DNA from: an uncultured candidate division Zixibacteria bacterium
Lineage (GTDB): Bacteria > Zixibacteria > MSB-5A5 > UBA10806
DNA: 64,000 nucleotides
Assembly (NCBI GenBank): GCA_963801605.1
Contig: CAWDFP010000006.1
Location: 288,001-352,000 of the forward strand
Direction of reading: 5' to 3'
The notes under the pieces: model-generated
What the model was told of the DNA's origin: nothing
Seen by the model: the letters and a program-made list of their open reading frames with translations, nothing else
The model's database searches: none
Position numbers and translations under genes: made by a program
Shown here: positions 29,675-40,991 of the stretch, one piece after another
How positions within the stretch are numbered: position 1 is the first letter of the stretch
Layout of the letters: each line of letters begins with the position of its first letter

Positions 29675-30269
29675 ATTTCTTCACAACTCCCAGCGGAGCG
29701 ACTACCTTACCATAAACCTCATTTAATACCTGAGCCAAACCAGCATACATCGCCAGCAAACCGCAAATGATACCTTCAATGCCGGCAACCAGCTTAACGG
29801 CCGCGCTTTCGGTGGCATCGCCCAATGCTAACAGGAAGAAAAGCAGCGCCAGGGTGCCGAAAACAAGCTGTAAGGCGCGACTAATTTTCAGGGTTCCGAT
29901 AAACATGATGGCTGTAAACAGACCCCAGATAAAAAGATAGGACGCCATAGCCGCATTACCCGGAGCAGAGCCCCATCCGATACGAGGGAAAACAAGCAAC
30001 GCCACCAGGCTCATCCAGAAAAGGCCATAGGCGGTAAAAGCGGTTGTGCCAAATGTATTTTCCTTTTTCCATTCCATAATTCCGGCGATAACCTGCGCCA
30101 AACCTCCAAAAAACAGACCCATTCCCAGTATCATGGTATCGAGCGGGTATAGCCCGGCATTGTGCAGATTAAGGAGCACAGTGGTCATTCCAAATCCGAG
30201 TAAACCTAAAGGCGCCGGATTTGCGGTAGATTCTTTAACTATGCGCACCGAAGCGGCGGCGGTATCCAT
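29673..30269 (-). CDS. satP: Acetate/succinate uptake transporter (AceTr/GPR1/FUN34/YaaH)
   Basis: Signature [39 protein letters not shown]. Confidence 0.93.
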   Translation of the reverse strand: MDTAAASVRIVKESTANPAPLGLLGFGMTTVLLNLHNAGLYPLDTMILGMGLFFGGLAQVIAGIMEWKKENTFGTTAFTAYGLFWMSLVALLVFPRIGWGSAPGNAAMASYLFIWGLFTAIMFIGTLKISRALQLVFGTLALLFFLLALGDATESAAVKLVAGIEGIICGLLAMYAGLAQVLNEVYGKVVAPLGVVKK

Positions 30270-30440
30270 TACTTTCCTCCATTCATCAATTTAGTATCCG
30301 ATCATCGACCTTATTTAATATCCCATGCCACGTTTGTCCATAATAATTCCGGGGTTACGATATGCTTGCTTAGTTTGAGATTTCATTATAACTTATACTT
30401 TGAAATGGAATATTAAACAATTAAGGCGGAATCAAACCCT

Positions 30441-31358
30441 ATGAAATTTGAAAATATCATTTTGCACGAGGTGGGGCCACGAGATGGTTTACAGGTCGAA
30501 AAGACCAGTGTGCCGCTGGATGAGAAAATTCGCTGGATAGATGGTGTTCTTAAAAGTGGAATCGATATCATTCAGCTTGGCTCCTTTGTCAATCCGGAAA
30601 AGGTGCCTCAAATGGCCGATACCGATAAGCTTTTCGCGCATTACGCATCGGTGGATAAAAAAGGAGTGATTTTATCGGCATTAGTGCTCAATGAAAAGGG
30701 GTTGGAGCGTGGCCTCGCTTGCGGAGTTGAGATGTTCTGCATGGGTGTTTCCGCCAGTGAGACTCATAGCAAGAAAAACACCGGCATGACCACGTCGGAG
30801 GCGTTGGGGCGAATTATACCGATGGCTAAACAAGCGCAAGCGGCCGGGAAAAAAGTACAGGTTTCGATTCAATCGGCGTTCGGTTGCGGTTTCGAGGGGC
30901 CAGTACCGGCGGAAAGAGTGCTTTCAATCGCCAAAGAGTATTTTGCCAATGACATTAGAAATATCAGCTTAGCCGATACAGCCGGACATGGCAACCCCGT
31001 TCAGGTTGAAGAGCTTTTCGGATCGCTAAAAGAACTTGAACCTGATGCACAGCTGGCCTGCCATTTCCATAATACTTATGGCCTGGGGTTAGCTAACTGC
31101 TACGCCGCGTTGAAATCAGGTGTTACATCCTTTGAGAGCGCATTTGGCGGTTTGGGCGGATGCCCCTTTACAAAGCTTCCGGCCGGTAATGTTTCCACCG
31201 AAGACCTGGTTCATTCGCTGCAGCGCATGGGGCTTCGTCGCGATATCAAGCTTGATATTCTGCTCGATGTGGCTCGTATGGTGGCAGGCTACTTTAACAG
31301 AGAGCTGCCGGGCTTTATCCTGAAATCCGGATCAATTGTTGATTTTAAGAAAGTCTAA
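30441..31358 (+). CDS. Hydroxymethylglutaryl-CoA lyase family protein
   Basis: EVGPRDGLQ, VPQMAD, SLADTAG, HFHNTYG, GGLGGCPF, GNVSTEDL. Confidence 0.9.
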   Translation: MKFENIILHEVGPRDGLQVEKTSVPLDEKIRWIDGVLKSGIDIIQLGSFVNPEKVPQMADTDKLFAHYASVDKKGVILSALVLNEKGLERGLACGVEMFCMGVSASETHSKKNTGMTTSEALGRIIPMAKQAQAAGKKVQVSIQSAFGCGFEGPVPAERVLSIAKEYFANDIRNISLADTAGHGNPVQVEELFGSLKELEPDAQLACHFHNTYGLGLANCYAALKSGVTSFESAFGGLGGCPFTKLPAGNVSTEDLVHSLQRMGLRRDIKLDILLDVARMVAGYFNRELPGFILKSGSIVDFKKV

Positions 31359-31375
31359 TATCGCAGGAGAATAAA

Positions 31376-32569
31376 ATGAAGCTTCTTGAAAAAATCCGCG
31401 TGATCGATATGACCAATGTCCTTTCGGGACCGTTTACCACGTTACATCTATCGCTATTAGGCGCCGAGGTAATTAAAATAGAAAATCCCGATGGTGGAGA
31501 TTTAGCTCGAAAACTGGGCAATGTCCCCAAGCTCAACAAAGAACTGATGGGCACGAGTTTCTTAGCACAGAACGCCAACAAGAAATCGTTAACGTTGAAC
31601 TTGAAAGTACCCGAGGCCAAGGAGATTTTCGGGAAGCTTCTAAAAACAGCCGATGTGGTAGTTGAAAATTTTCGTCCCGGCGTGATGGCCCGGTTGGGTT
31701 TCTCATACGAAGAGATCTGCAAGATTAATCCCAAAATTGTTTATTGCGCTATCTCGGGTTTCGGGCAGACCGGTCCGGATGCTTTTAAGCCAGCCTATGA
31801 CCAGATTATCCAGGGGCTTTCCGGAGTGATGGATGTCAATGGAGACGAGCGGCTTCATCCTCTGCGCGCCGGTTTCCCGGTTTGCGATACCGTCGGCGGC
31901 CTGAATGCCGCCTTTGCGATCATGGCAGCGTTATATCATCGGGAACGAACCGGTGAGGGTCAGTTTATTGATATCGCCTTGCTTGATGCTATTATGCCGC
32001 TGATGGGCTGGGTGGCGGCTAATTTGCTCATTGGCGGTCAGGCGCCCATCCCGATGGGAAACGACAACTTTACCGCGGCTCCATCCGGGGCATTCCGTAC
32101 GAAGGATGGTTTTATAAATATCGCCGCCAACCAACAGAAGCAGTGGGAGGATCTGGCAGATTCGGTTTGCCTGCCGGAACTAAAAACCGATCCCCGGTTC
32201 CAGGAACGTGATACACGGAAAGCGAACCGCAAGCTTTTGACCCCAATTCTCGAAGAAAAGCTAATGCAAAATACCACCGAGCATTGGGTCGATCTCCTAA
32301 ATGCCAAAGGGATACCGTCGGGGGATATCGTTGGCCTCGAAAAAGCGCTGACCAGCGATCAAATCAAGCATCGGGAAACTCTGACTACCATTAAAGATCC
32401 GCAAATTGGAGATGTCAGGATTTTTAATCTTTCTGCTAAATTTTCCAAGACACCGGCCAAGGTAGAAGCTCCGCCTCCGAGGCTTTCAGCGCATACCGAA
32501 GAGATTTTAATGTCGCTCGAATATACCAAAGAAGATATAAAATCGCTTAAAGAAAAGATGGCGATTTAA
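31376..32569 (+). CDS. Family III CoA-transferase (CaiB/BaiF)
   Basis: LSGPF...LGAEVIKIE, NANKKS, DVVVENFRPG, SGFGQTGP, AYDQIIQ, catalytic-Asp region VCDTVGG. Confidence 0.92.
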   Translation: MKLLEKIRVIDMTNVLSGPFTTLHLSLLGAEVIKIENPDGGDLARKLGNVPKLNKELMGTSFLAQNANKKSLTLNLKVPEAKEIFGKLLKTADVVVENFRPGVMARLGFSYEEICKINPKIVYCAISGFGQTGPDAFKPAYDQIIQGLSGVMDVNGDERLHPLRAGFPVCDTVGGLNAAFAIMAALYHRERTGEGQFIDIALLDAIMPLMGWVAANLLIGGQAPIPMGNDNFTAAPSGAFRTKDGFINIAANQQKQWEDLADSVCLPELKTDPRFQERDTRKANRKLLTPILEEKLMQNTTEHWVDLLNAKGIPSGDIVGLEKALTSDQIKHRETLTTIKDPQIGDVRIFNLSAKFSKTPAKVEAPPPRLSAHTEEILMSLEYTKEDIKSLKEKMAI

Positions 32570-32615
32570 TTAAGTTTTCGGAAATCATCGCTCATGAAAA
32601 AAATTGTTCGGTAGG

Positions 32616-32990
32616 TTAATCGATTCTTATAGTTTCAGTCTTATTTGATTTGTATTTAAGGATTACCTGCATAATCTCCCTGATATAAGCTAAAGCGCAG
32701 GGAGCTTTACATCTGCCAAGATCATTACACATCAGGCATTTACCGCTGCAATCGCTCAAGCCGAATCTTACCTCGGTAAAATGCGGTCCGTCATACATAT
32801 CGATGAAGCGCGCCACCGGGACCGCTAAAGTCGTCCCACATTCTTTTATGGTATGATTAAACAGAAAGAGGCCCTCTTCCGGATTTTCAAACGCTGGCTG
32901 GTAGCCGTGAAGGCGAATATCGAGGGATGCCAGGAAATCATCTCTACTTTCCCAGAGGCAACGACAAGAAGGACAAGCTTTAAAGGGCAT
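32616..32990 (-). CDS. Cys-rich hypothetical protein
   Basis: CPSC...FNH...CGTT...CSGKC...C...C...C pattern. Confidence 0.6.
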   Translation of the reverse strand: MPFKACPSCRCLWESRDDFLASLDIRLHGYQPAFENPEEGLFLFNHTIKECGTTLAVPVARFIDMYDGPHFTEVRFGLSDCSGKCLMCNDLGRCKAPCALAYIREIMQVILKYKSNKTETIRID

Positions 32991-33441
32991 AAATCTCTCC
33001 TGGCTCTATTTAATGTTTCGCATAACATCCGTATATAACCTGTTTTTGCAATTACGGATATATACCTTACGATTATCGGCATGTTTTCAATAACATTACA
33101 ATACTTATTATAACAAGATCATACCATGTTTACCTCTCTTGTACATTTTTAATTGAAACTCGCGAGTCGAATTTTCATCAATTTCTTATTATATATTGAC
33201 ATGGCTTCCCATTAATCTTTATATAAAGGCAGTGCGGTTTCCGAACAACGGGCGGATTTACGCGCGTTGTGAGCTTCAAAAAGGCTCCATGAAGAACTTA
33301 AATCGAAGACGGGCAAAAGATGCGGTAATTTTGAATCTCGTCGAATTAAATCAGCGGGAAAATTAACAATAAATGATAGAAAACACAGTTGCTAATTTAG
33401 AACTGTGTGTTTCCTCGGTTAACAACGTCAGGAGTGTACTT

Positions 33442-36400
33442 ATGCGAAAAGTATCAAGGTTTTTAATTCTCTCTTTGGTGTTATTGGGAATTGCAGCCAG
33501 CGCCTTTGCCGGGCAGTACAGCGAGGCATTTCCGCAATATTTGGCCAGTCACAAATCCGGCACCATGGTGCCGGCTATAATTACGATGGCTGACAGGCTG
33601 GACTTAGGTGCTTTGCAGAATAACCTTTCTGCGACACATGCTGATAGAAGGCTCTGGCATGAAACGGTCGTGCGGGCTCTGCAGGCCAAAGCCACTGAGA
33701 GCCAGGCCGATTTATTGGCGGCACTTTCCGTTATGACCCAGAATGGCGAAGTAGAGAGTTACTCGTCCCTCTGGATTGGTAATATGGTCATTGTAACGGC
33801 AACTCCCGAGGCCCTTGACCAGTTAGTGTCGCGAAACGATGTCATGCTGGTCAGCCCTGATTATTTAATCGAAAGCATTGAGCCAGTTCATACGGGCGGA
33901 AACAGCCCCACCATAGCAGGCCATGAGATTGGCGCCACACGGCTTCATGTGCCAGAAGTATGGGCTATGGGGATAACCGGAGAAGGACGGCTTGTAAGCC
34001 ATTTAGATACCGGAGTACAAGGTAGTCACCCGGCCCTGGCTGCCAGATGGAGAGGCGTAGCAGATACGCGCTACGAGGGCCATCCGCAATGGGCCTGGTA
34101 CGATCCCAGACCTCCACATACAACATTTCCTACCGCTTTTGGCGCACATGGAACCCATACCATGGGGACGATATGCGGCAGAAGCACATCCACACCTGAC
34201 ACAGTAGGCGTTGCTATTGACGCGCAGTGGATTTCAGCTGGCGTAATTGACCGTGTCGATATTCCCACAACAATGGCGGATGCTATAACTGCATTACAAT
34301 GGATTGCGGATCCCGATGCAGATCCGTCCACAGTTTGGGATGTGCCCGACGTGTGTTCCAACTCCTGGGGTGTGAGGACTGACTTTGGCTATCCTCCGTG
34401 CGATGAAACTTTGTGGGAAGTTATCGATGGCGCCGAAGCGGCCAGTGTAGTGGTCGTATTCGCCGCCGGTAATGAAGGATATAGCGGCGCGCGAACGATC
34501 CGCAGACCTGCCGATAGGGCAACCACGGAATTGAATTGTTTTTCCGTGGGCGCCGTGAACGGCGATAACCCGAGTCTCCCAATAGCGGATTTTTCCTCGC
34601 GGGGACCGGCAAATTGCACACCATCCGGAAATGATACTTTCAAACCTGAAGTGGTCGCTCCGGGAGTTAACGTGCGCTCTTCGGTTCCCGGTGGTGGCTA
34701 TGAAAGCGGCTGGGATGGCACCTCGATGGCCACACCGCACATCGCGGGTATCATAGCATTAATGAGGCAGGCCAACCCTAATTTAACAGTTGATCAGATT
34801 AAACAGATTTTACTCGACACCGCCACAGATTTAGGAACCAGCGGTGAAGATAATGCCTATGGCAAGGGAATCGCGAACGCTCTGGCGGCCGTGCAAATGG
34901 CATTATCCTATTTGGACGGTTGGGGAACGCTTGGCGGAGTAATAACGGATCAGGCTTCCGGCACGCCCATTCAGGGAGCGAGAGTATCGGTAATCGGCCG
35001 TCCCTGGGGTGCTTCTTCCCGAGGCAACGGCGAATATTTCATGTTCGCCCCAGCCGATACTTTGTGGCAAATTAAGGTTGAATATCCGCCCACGCACCTC
35101 TCGGTTTTCGATACCGTAACGATTGCCGAAAACGATACAATCATCAGGAATTATGCGCTGGAGGGTAAAGTAGCGGTTCTGCTTAAGGCATCATTTGCTA
35201 ATCCCGCTAATGTTGATTACCGCACTTTCTTCATTAAGGGAAGTTGGGATGCTGAAGGCATGTACGATTCCACCTGGTCGGGTCCGCAGATCGAGATAAA
35301 AGACGATGGCGTTTCTCCGGATCAGACTATACACGACGGTATCTTCACAGGTAAAGTGTTATTGAGAATAGACGGCGTTCATACCTACCGTTGGGCGCTT
35401 TATAGTGAGAGCAATGGCGGTGACGCCGCTCGCTTGCAGCCTGGCGCCGACATCCAGATTCCCAACGCTACGCCGCCAGTAATTCCAACTCTCGCGGTTA
35501 ATCCATCCGGATCAGATAATAATTGGATAATTTCCGCAATTGGCGATAACAGCTTAAATCTCGACCTGGTTCGTAATTTCGGCAATGTCGCCACAAAATG
35601 GGGCGCGGCTTGCACTCTTTACACTCCCAACACTTACACTTTTAGATTTAAGGTGATGCATTCCGATAGCGCCAGTTATGGATCCGGAGGTATCGGCGGA
35701 CCGGACCTGCATTTCACACCGCCAATTACAGGGTCTTACGTATTCGTATTTAATGACGCGACGGATATGTACTATGTTTTGATGAGCGGTACGCAAGGTC
35801 CTCCAACAACTTTAGCGGCAACATCGGGTCTCGATCATCATGTAACTCTCACCTGGCGGGCGCCTACAGCTCCGGAACCGCCTTTGATTGTCCCACCGGA
35901 TAACGGCACACCAAGAATCATGGATACAGAAGTATTGGCGGGTTACAATGTTTATCGCGATACCCTGCCCTACCCATTCGATCGAAATTTATTGGTGAAC
36001 AATAGCCTTATCACGGTGGTCAATTATGATGATCACGGTGGACTCCAGGGTCATTTAACAAACGGCAAAACCTACTACTATCAAACCTCGGCAGTTTATG
36101 ATATCGGAGGCGGACAACTCGTAGAAGCCGGCCCATCGAATCAAGCGCTGGCTACGCCTCAGAATCATCCTCCGGCCACACCGACATTCCTGATTGCCGG
36201 CAGTGCCGGTCGCGTAATCAATCTCAAATGGAATTTCCTAAATGATATTGGCGATCTGGATCATTTCAGCGTCGAGCGTATGTTGATGCCATCAGGCGCC
36301 TGGACCGAAGTAGGCACAACCGTTGATACTGTTTTCTCGCAAACGATTCCTGACGGCGAGGACGGTTCTTACGGATATCGAGTCACCGCAATTGACGACG

Positions 36401-39400
36401 GGACGCCGGCATTATCATCGACGCCATCTCAACCGGCCTATGCTATGGTCGGGCATTTAGCGCCTGGCACTTTAAGAGCTACAAGCGGCGAGGAGTTCCA
36501 GGTTCCAGTACATTGGGCACTTCCCGGCTCCTGGACGGTCAATGGCATTCTCGATCCCGAAACGCCGATTATTTATAGCGATGAAGATGGTTCCGCAGAT
36601 ACTCCCGGCATAATGAATCGCGGTGAACCGGATGCTGCCGGATATCTCTGGATAGATTCCGATGAGCCCGGTGGACCGACATATCAATGGCGAGATATTA
36701 CCGGAATCGGCCAGCAGATTCCGATGAATGGAGACAACCAGTTGTTGGGTTCCTATAACATCGGTTTTAGTTTCCCCTTCTACGGAAACGATTTTAATAC
36801 CTTTAGAATTTGCTCCAATGGTTGGTTAAGTTTTACGGATAGTACTCATAATTACAGCAGCAACCGGGCGCTTCCGAGTACTCAATATGCACCCTTCAAT
36901 CTGGTCGCCCCGTTCTGGGATGACCTGACATTCATTGGCGGCGGACAACTTTGGTATTATTCCGACGGCGTTGAATGTATCATTTCTTACATCGAAGTTC
37001 CGCATGTTGGTTCGGGGGGACCATATTCGTTCCAGGCGATCCTGAGAAGTTCAGGCGCTATTATCTATCAATATGGTTCAATGGGAACAGTCTTGAATTC
37101 CGCCACGATAGGAATTCAAAATGGAACCGGCACAATTGGCCTGCAGGCGGTTTACAATGCCAATTATGTTCATGATAATATGGCAATACAGCTGAATAGA
37201 CCTGCCGACGGTTTCAGCCCCGCCCATTTTAAATTATACCGCTCGACGACAAGCCCCGTGCCTTTGGATGACAGCCATCTGATCGCAGGAAGCATTCCCG
37301 GAATTCAAGCGGGTTACGTGGATCGCCTTAACATTCAAAACGGAATACCGTACTTTTACAAAGTAACAGCGGTATGGCCCGATTCAATCGAATCAGTCGC
37401 ATCCAATGAAACTACCGGCACCGCCGCTAATCATCCGCCGATAGCGCCAACCAACCTTGCCGGCTTGCTAAATGGCCGCACGATTAATCTGCACTGGTCA
37501 TTTGCCAATTTGGTAGGAGATTGGGATCATTACAATATCTATAAAAGAGCTCTTCCACTTGGTGTCTGGCTATTGACCAGCACAACTAACGATACTCTGG
37601 GAGCAGTTACTATCCCGGCGGGTCAGGACGGCGTTTATGAGATCGCTGTTACCGCGGTAGATAACGGAACACCGCAACTTGAATCTCGATATTCCCGAGC
37701 GGTTACCTTCAATGTCGGAAATCTGGCGCCAGTCCAGCTTGCGGCCAGAAGCGATCACGATCTTGCCGTTCCGCTAAACTGGATGCATCCCGGCACATGG
37801 CTTATGGATGACCACGGAGATCAGCCGCTTCCCGGCATAGCAAGTATGAATGGCTCAGATCCCTCCGCTCTGCCAACACTTTTCGGCCGCGGCGGCCCCG
37901 ATGGCGCCGGCTATATCTGGGTTGATTCCGACGAACCGGACGGACCTGATTATCAGTGGCGGGATATAACGGCGATTGGCCAACAAATCCCGATGATTGG
38001 CGATAACCAGATATTGGGCGCCTTCAATATCGGCTTTAGTTTCCCGTTTTACGGAAACAACTTTAATACCTTCAGGGTCAATTCCAATGGCTGGTTGAGC
38101 TTTACAGATAGCATTCACACATACAATACCAATCGCGCCATTCCAAGCACAGTCTCCGCACCCTTCAATCTGGTGGCACCGTTCTGGGACGATCTCACTT
38201 TCGTTGGGGGCGGACAACTCTGGTACTATAGTGACGGCGCGGAATGCATTATCTCATACATAGCCGTGCCCCGCGTAAGTTCAGGAGGACCCTGCACATT
38301 CCAGGTAATACTCAGGAGCTCAGGCACAATTGTCTATCAGTATGGCGCTATGGGAACAGTTCTTAATTCCGCTACCGTTGGCATTCAAAACTCAGACGGC
38401 ACAATCGGCCTTCAAGTTGTTTGCAATGGCGATTATATGCACGACAATATGGCGATCCAATTGCAGAATCTTTCTGAAGGCATATCCCCAGTTCATTACA
38501 AACTTTATAGATCAACATCGTCTCCTGTACCGGTCGATCCCGGTCATTTGATAACCTCTGCTATCGCCGGGGATCGCCTGAGTTATACTGATACTGGTAG
38601 TGTGGTAAATGGAACGAGATACTATTATGTCCTGACGGCTGTCTGGCCTGATTCTGCGGAATCACCGGCCTCAAATGAAACCAGTGCTATTCCCGTTATG
38701 GGCGCCAGGATGACCCTGAATCCAACATCCCTTGACCTCTCGATCGAAAGCGGACGCACTATTCTGGATACGCTCAATATCGCTAATCCCGGCGGATTGA
38801 GCTTAAACTGGAATCTCTTCACGCAATCCGATCTTATCCTCTCCGTTCCTAAAACGGCCGATAGAAGCGGCGTTATATTGGAATCTTCCAGCCGATGCCG
38901 GAGAGGGTTCGACCGATAACCCGCCGGAGCTATTCGGAAGAGGCGGGCCAGATGGATTTGGTTATACCTGGGTTGATTCCGATGAGCCGGGCGGTCCGAC
39001 TAATCATTGGGTTGATATTACAACTCGCGGCCAGCAGCTCACAATGATTAACGACGATAATCAGGGGCCGTTTGCCATGGGAATCCATTTCCCGTTCTAT
39101 GGCAACACTTTCGACAGCGTACGCATCTGTTCTAATGGCTGGATAAGCTTTAACAGCACCGTCAGATCGGCTGCCAACTATCCATTACCGAGCACCTCGG
39201 CGCCGGTGAACCTGATTGCGCCATTCTGGGATGATCTTGATCCTTCCGCCGGCGGGCAGATGTGGTATTACACCAATCCTGAATCCACGGTAGTCTCCTG
39301 GATCGATGTGCCCTATCGTACGACGGGCGGCCCTTATACATTCCAGGTGGTGTTGCTCTCAACAGGCGGTATTTACTTCAATTATGGCAGTATGAATACT

Positions 39401-40009
39401 CCGCTAAATGGCGCCACTATTGGAATTCAAAACGCCGCCAGAAATATCGGTTTGCAGGTAGCTTACAACCAAGCTTACGTGCATGGCAATATGACCGTGA
39501 AGATTAATCACAGTTGGGTGACCGCATCCCCCGGCTCAGGGGTAATTGCAGCCGGAGCTAATTCGGATATCGTCGTAACTTGCGATGCGTCATCTTTGGG
39601 CGCAGGCACATACACCGGCTCACTGGCGATTTCCGGTCAGGATCAATTCCACGTTCTGGCGGTGCAAATTGTACCCGTTACTTTGCATGTAACGCCCCAG
39701 GGCATAGAGGATAATGCCTCTAATATGCCAAGCGAATTCGAACTTTCGCAAAACTATCCCAATCCTTTCAATCCGACTACCGAGATAGGATTCGCTTTAC
39801 CGACGAAATCTTTTGTTTCTCTCGAGGTTTTCAATGTCCTGGGACAAAAGGTAAAAACGCTGATTAATGCCGACATGGAAGCGGGATTTAGATCAATCAC
39901 CTGGAACGGCACTGACGAATCCGGGGCGTCGGTTACGTCGGGTATCTACTTCTACAAGCTGGCTGCCGGAAATAAAATATTCACTAAGAAGATGACATTC
40001 CTGAAGTAA
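33442..40009 (+). CDS. Large secreted S8 (subtilisin/bacillopeptidase F-like) protease with Fn3 domains, three repeated NIDO-like domains and a C-terminal sorting domain; +1 frameshift at ~38830-38890
   Basis: Signal peptide; triad HLDTG, HGTHTMG, GTSMATPH. The frame of ORF 39044 extends upstream through LFGRGGPDGFGYTWVDSDEPGG, matching repeats 1 and 2; ends ELSQNYPNPFN...GIYFYKL...KKMTFLK. Confidence 0.88.
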
Positions 40010-40036
40010 TCGATATAGATAATATCGGATCAGTTG

Positions 40037-40075
40037 AAAGCCCTCGCTCATATTGGAGCGAGGGCTTTTTGTTTT
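40037..40075 (+). terminator. Intrinsic terminator
   Basis: AAAGCCCTCGCTC-loop-GAGCGAGGGCTTT followed by TTGTTTT. Confidence 0.85.
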
Positions 40076-40089
40076 GGGACTATCCAATC

Positions 40090-40118
40090 TTGACCGCTCT
40101 ATTTCATTATACTATATT
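40090..40118 (+). promoter_or_regulatory. Putative sigma70 promoter
   Basis: TTGACC-17 nt-TATATT upstream of the aldo/keto reductase. Confidence 0.4.
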
Positions 40119-40154
40119 TCTCGATATTAAGAAAATCAGGGGAAGGAAATAAAT

Positions 40155-40970
40155 ATGATGGAAGATTTTACTCATGCCACGCTCGGCCATACCGGTACGA
40201 AGGTACATCGGCTGGGATTATCGGCTACCTACCGGCCAGGCAAGGATACGATCCATAAGGCTCTCGACGAAGGGATGAATTACTTTTTCGCCTACGGATT
40301 TGATTCCCAAATGACGAAGACTTTGCGCGAAATTGGAAAAACTCGACGGGAAAGCTTTGTAATTGCTACCGGAGCCTATAATCTTTATCAACTGGGTCAT
40401 ACTGATCTTCGCAAAACCCTGGAGAAGCGCCTTCGACAGCTCGATACTGATTATATCGATGTTTTCATGTTCCTCGGAGTCACCAAAGAAAAGCATTTCC
40501 CTGAAAAACTCAGGACGGAACTCAATCATCTTCGTGAGGAGGGAAAGGTACGGGCGGTTTCGATATCCTGTCATGACCGGAAATTTGCGGGGAAGTTGGT
40601 CGAAAACGGAGAGCTTGATGTTCTCATGGCACGTTATAATGCCGCCCATCGTGGCGCTGAAGAGGATATATTTCCTTATCTGGCTAAACATAACACTGGC
40701 CTGGTAAGCTACACTGCTACCCGTTGGGGATATCTTATCAGGCGAATGGGCAAATGGCCGCAGGAGAGGCCAATTCCTACGCCGGGGATGTGCTACCGAT
40801 TTGTGCTAACGAATCCGCATGTCGATGTCTGTCTGACCGCCCCATCGAACATTAAACATTTAACAGAAAATATCAACTCTCTCAAAAGCGGTCCTCTCAG
40901 CCCCGAGGAAATGGCTTTCATAAAAGAGTACGGCGATATGGTGCATCACACCAAGAAGTGGTTTATGTAG
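40155..40970 (+). CDS. Aldo/keto reductase family protein
   Basis: LGHTGTKVHRLG, LEKRLRQLDTDYIDVF, EGKVRAVSIS, RYNAAHR. Confidence 0.85.
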   Translation: MMEDFTHATLGHTGTKVHRLGLSATYRPGKDTIHKALDEGMNYFFAYGFDSQMTKTLREIGKTRRESFVIATGAYNLYQLGHTDLRKTLEKRLRQLDTDYIDVFMFLGVTKEKHFPEKLRTELNHLREEGKVRAVSISCHDRKFAGKLVENGELDVLMARYNAAHRGAEEDIFPYLAKHNTGLVSYTATRWGYLIRRMGKWPQERPIPTPGMCYRFVLTNPHVDVCLTAPSNIKHLTENINSLKSGPLSPEEMAFIKEYGDMVHHTKKWFM

Positions 40971-40991
40971 CTGCTTCGCAAAGTCCTGGTT

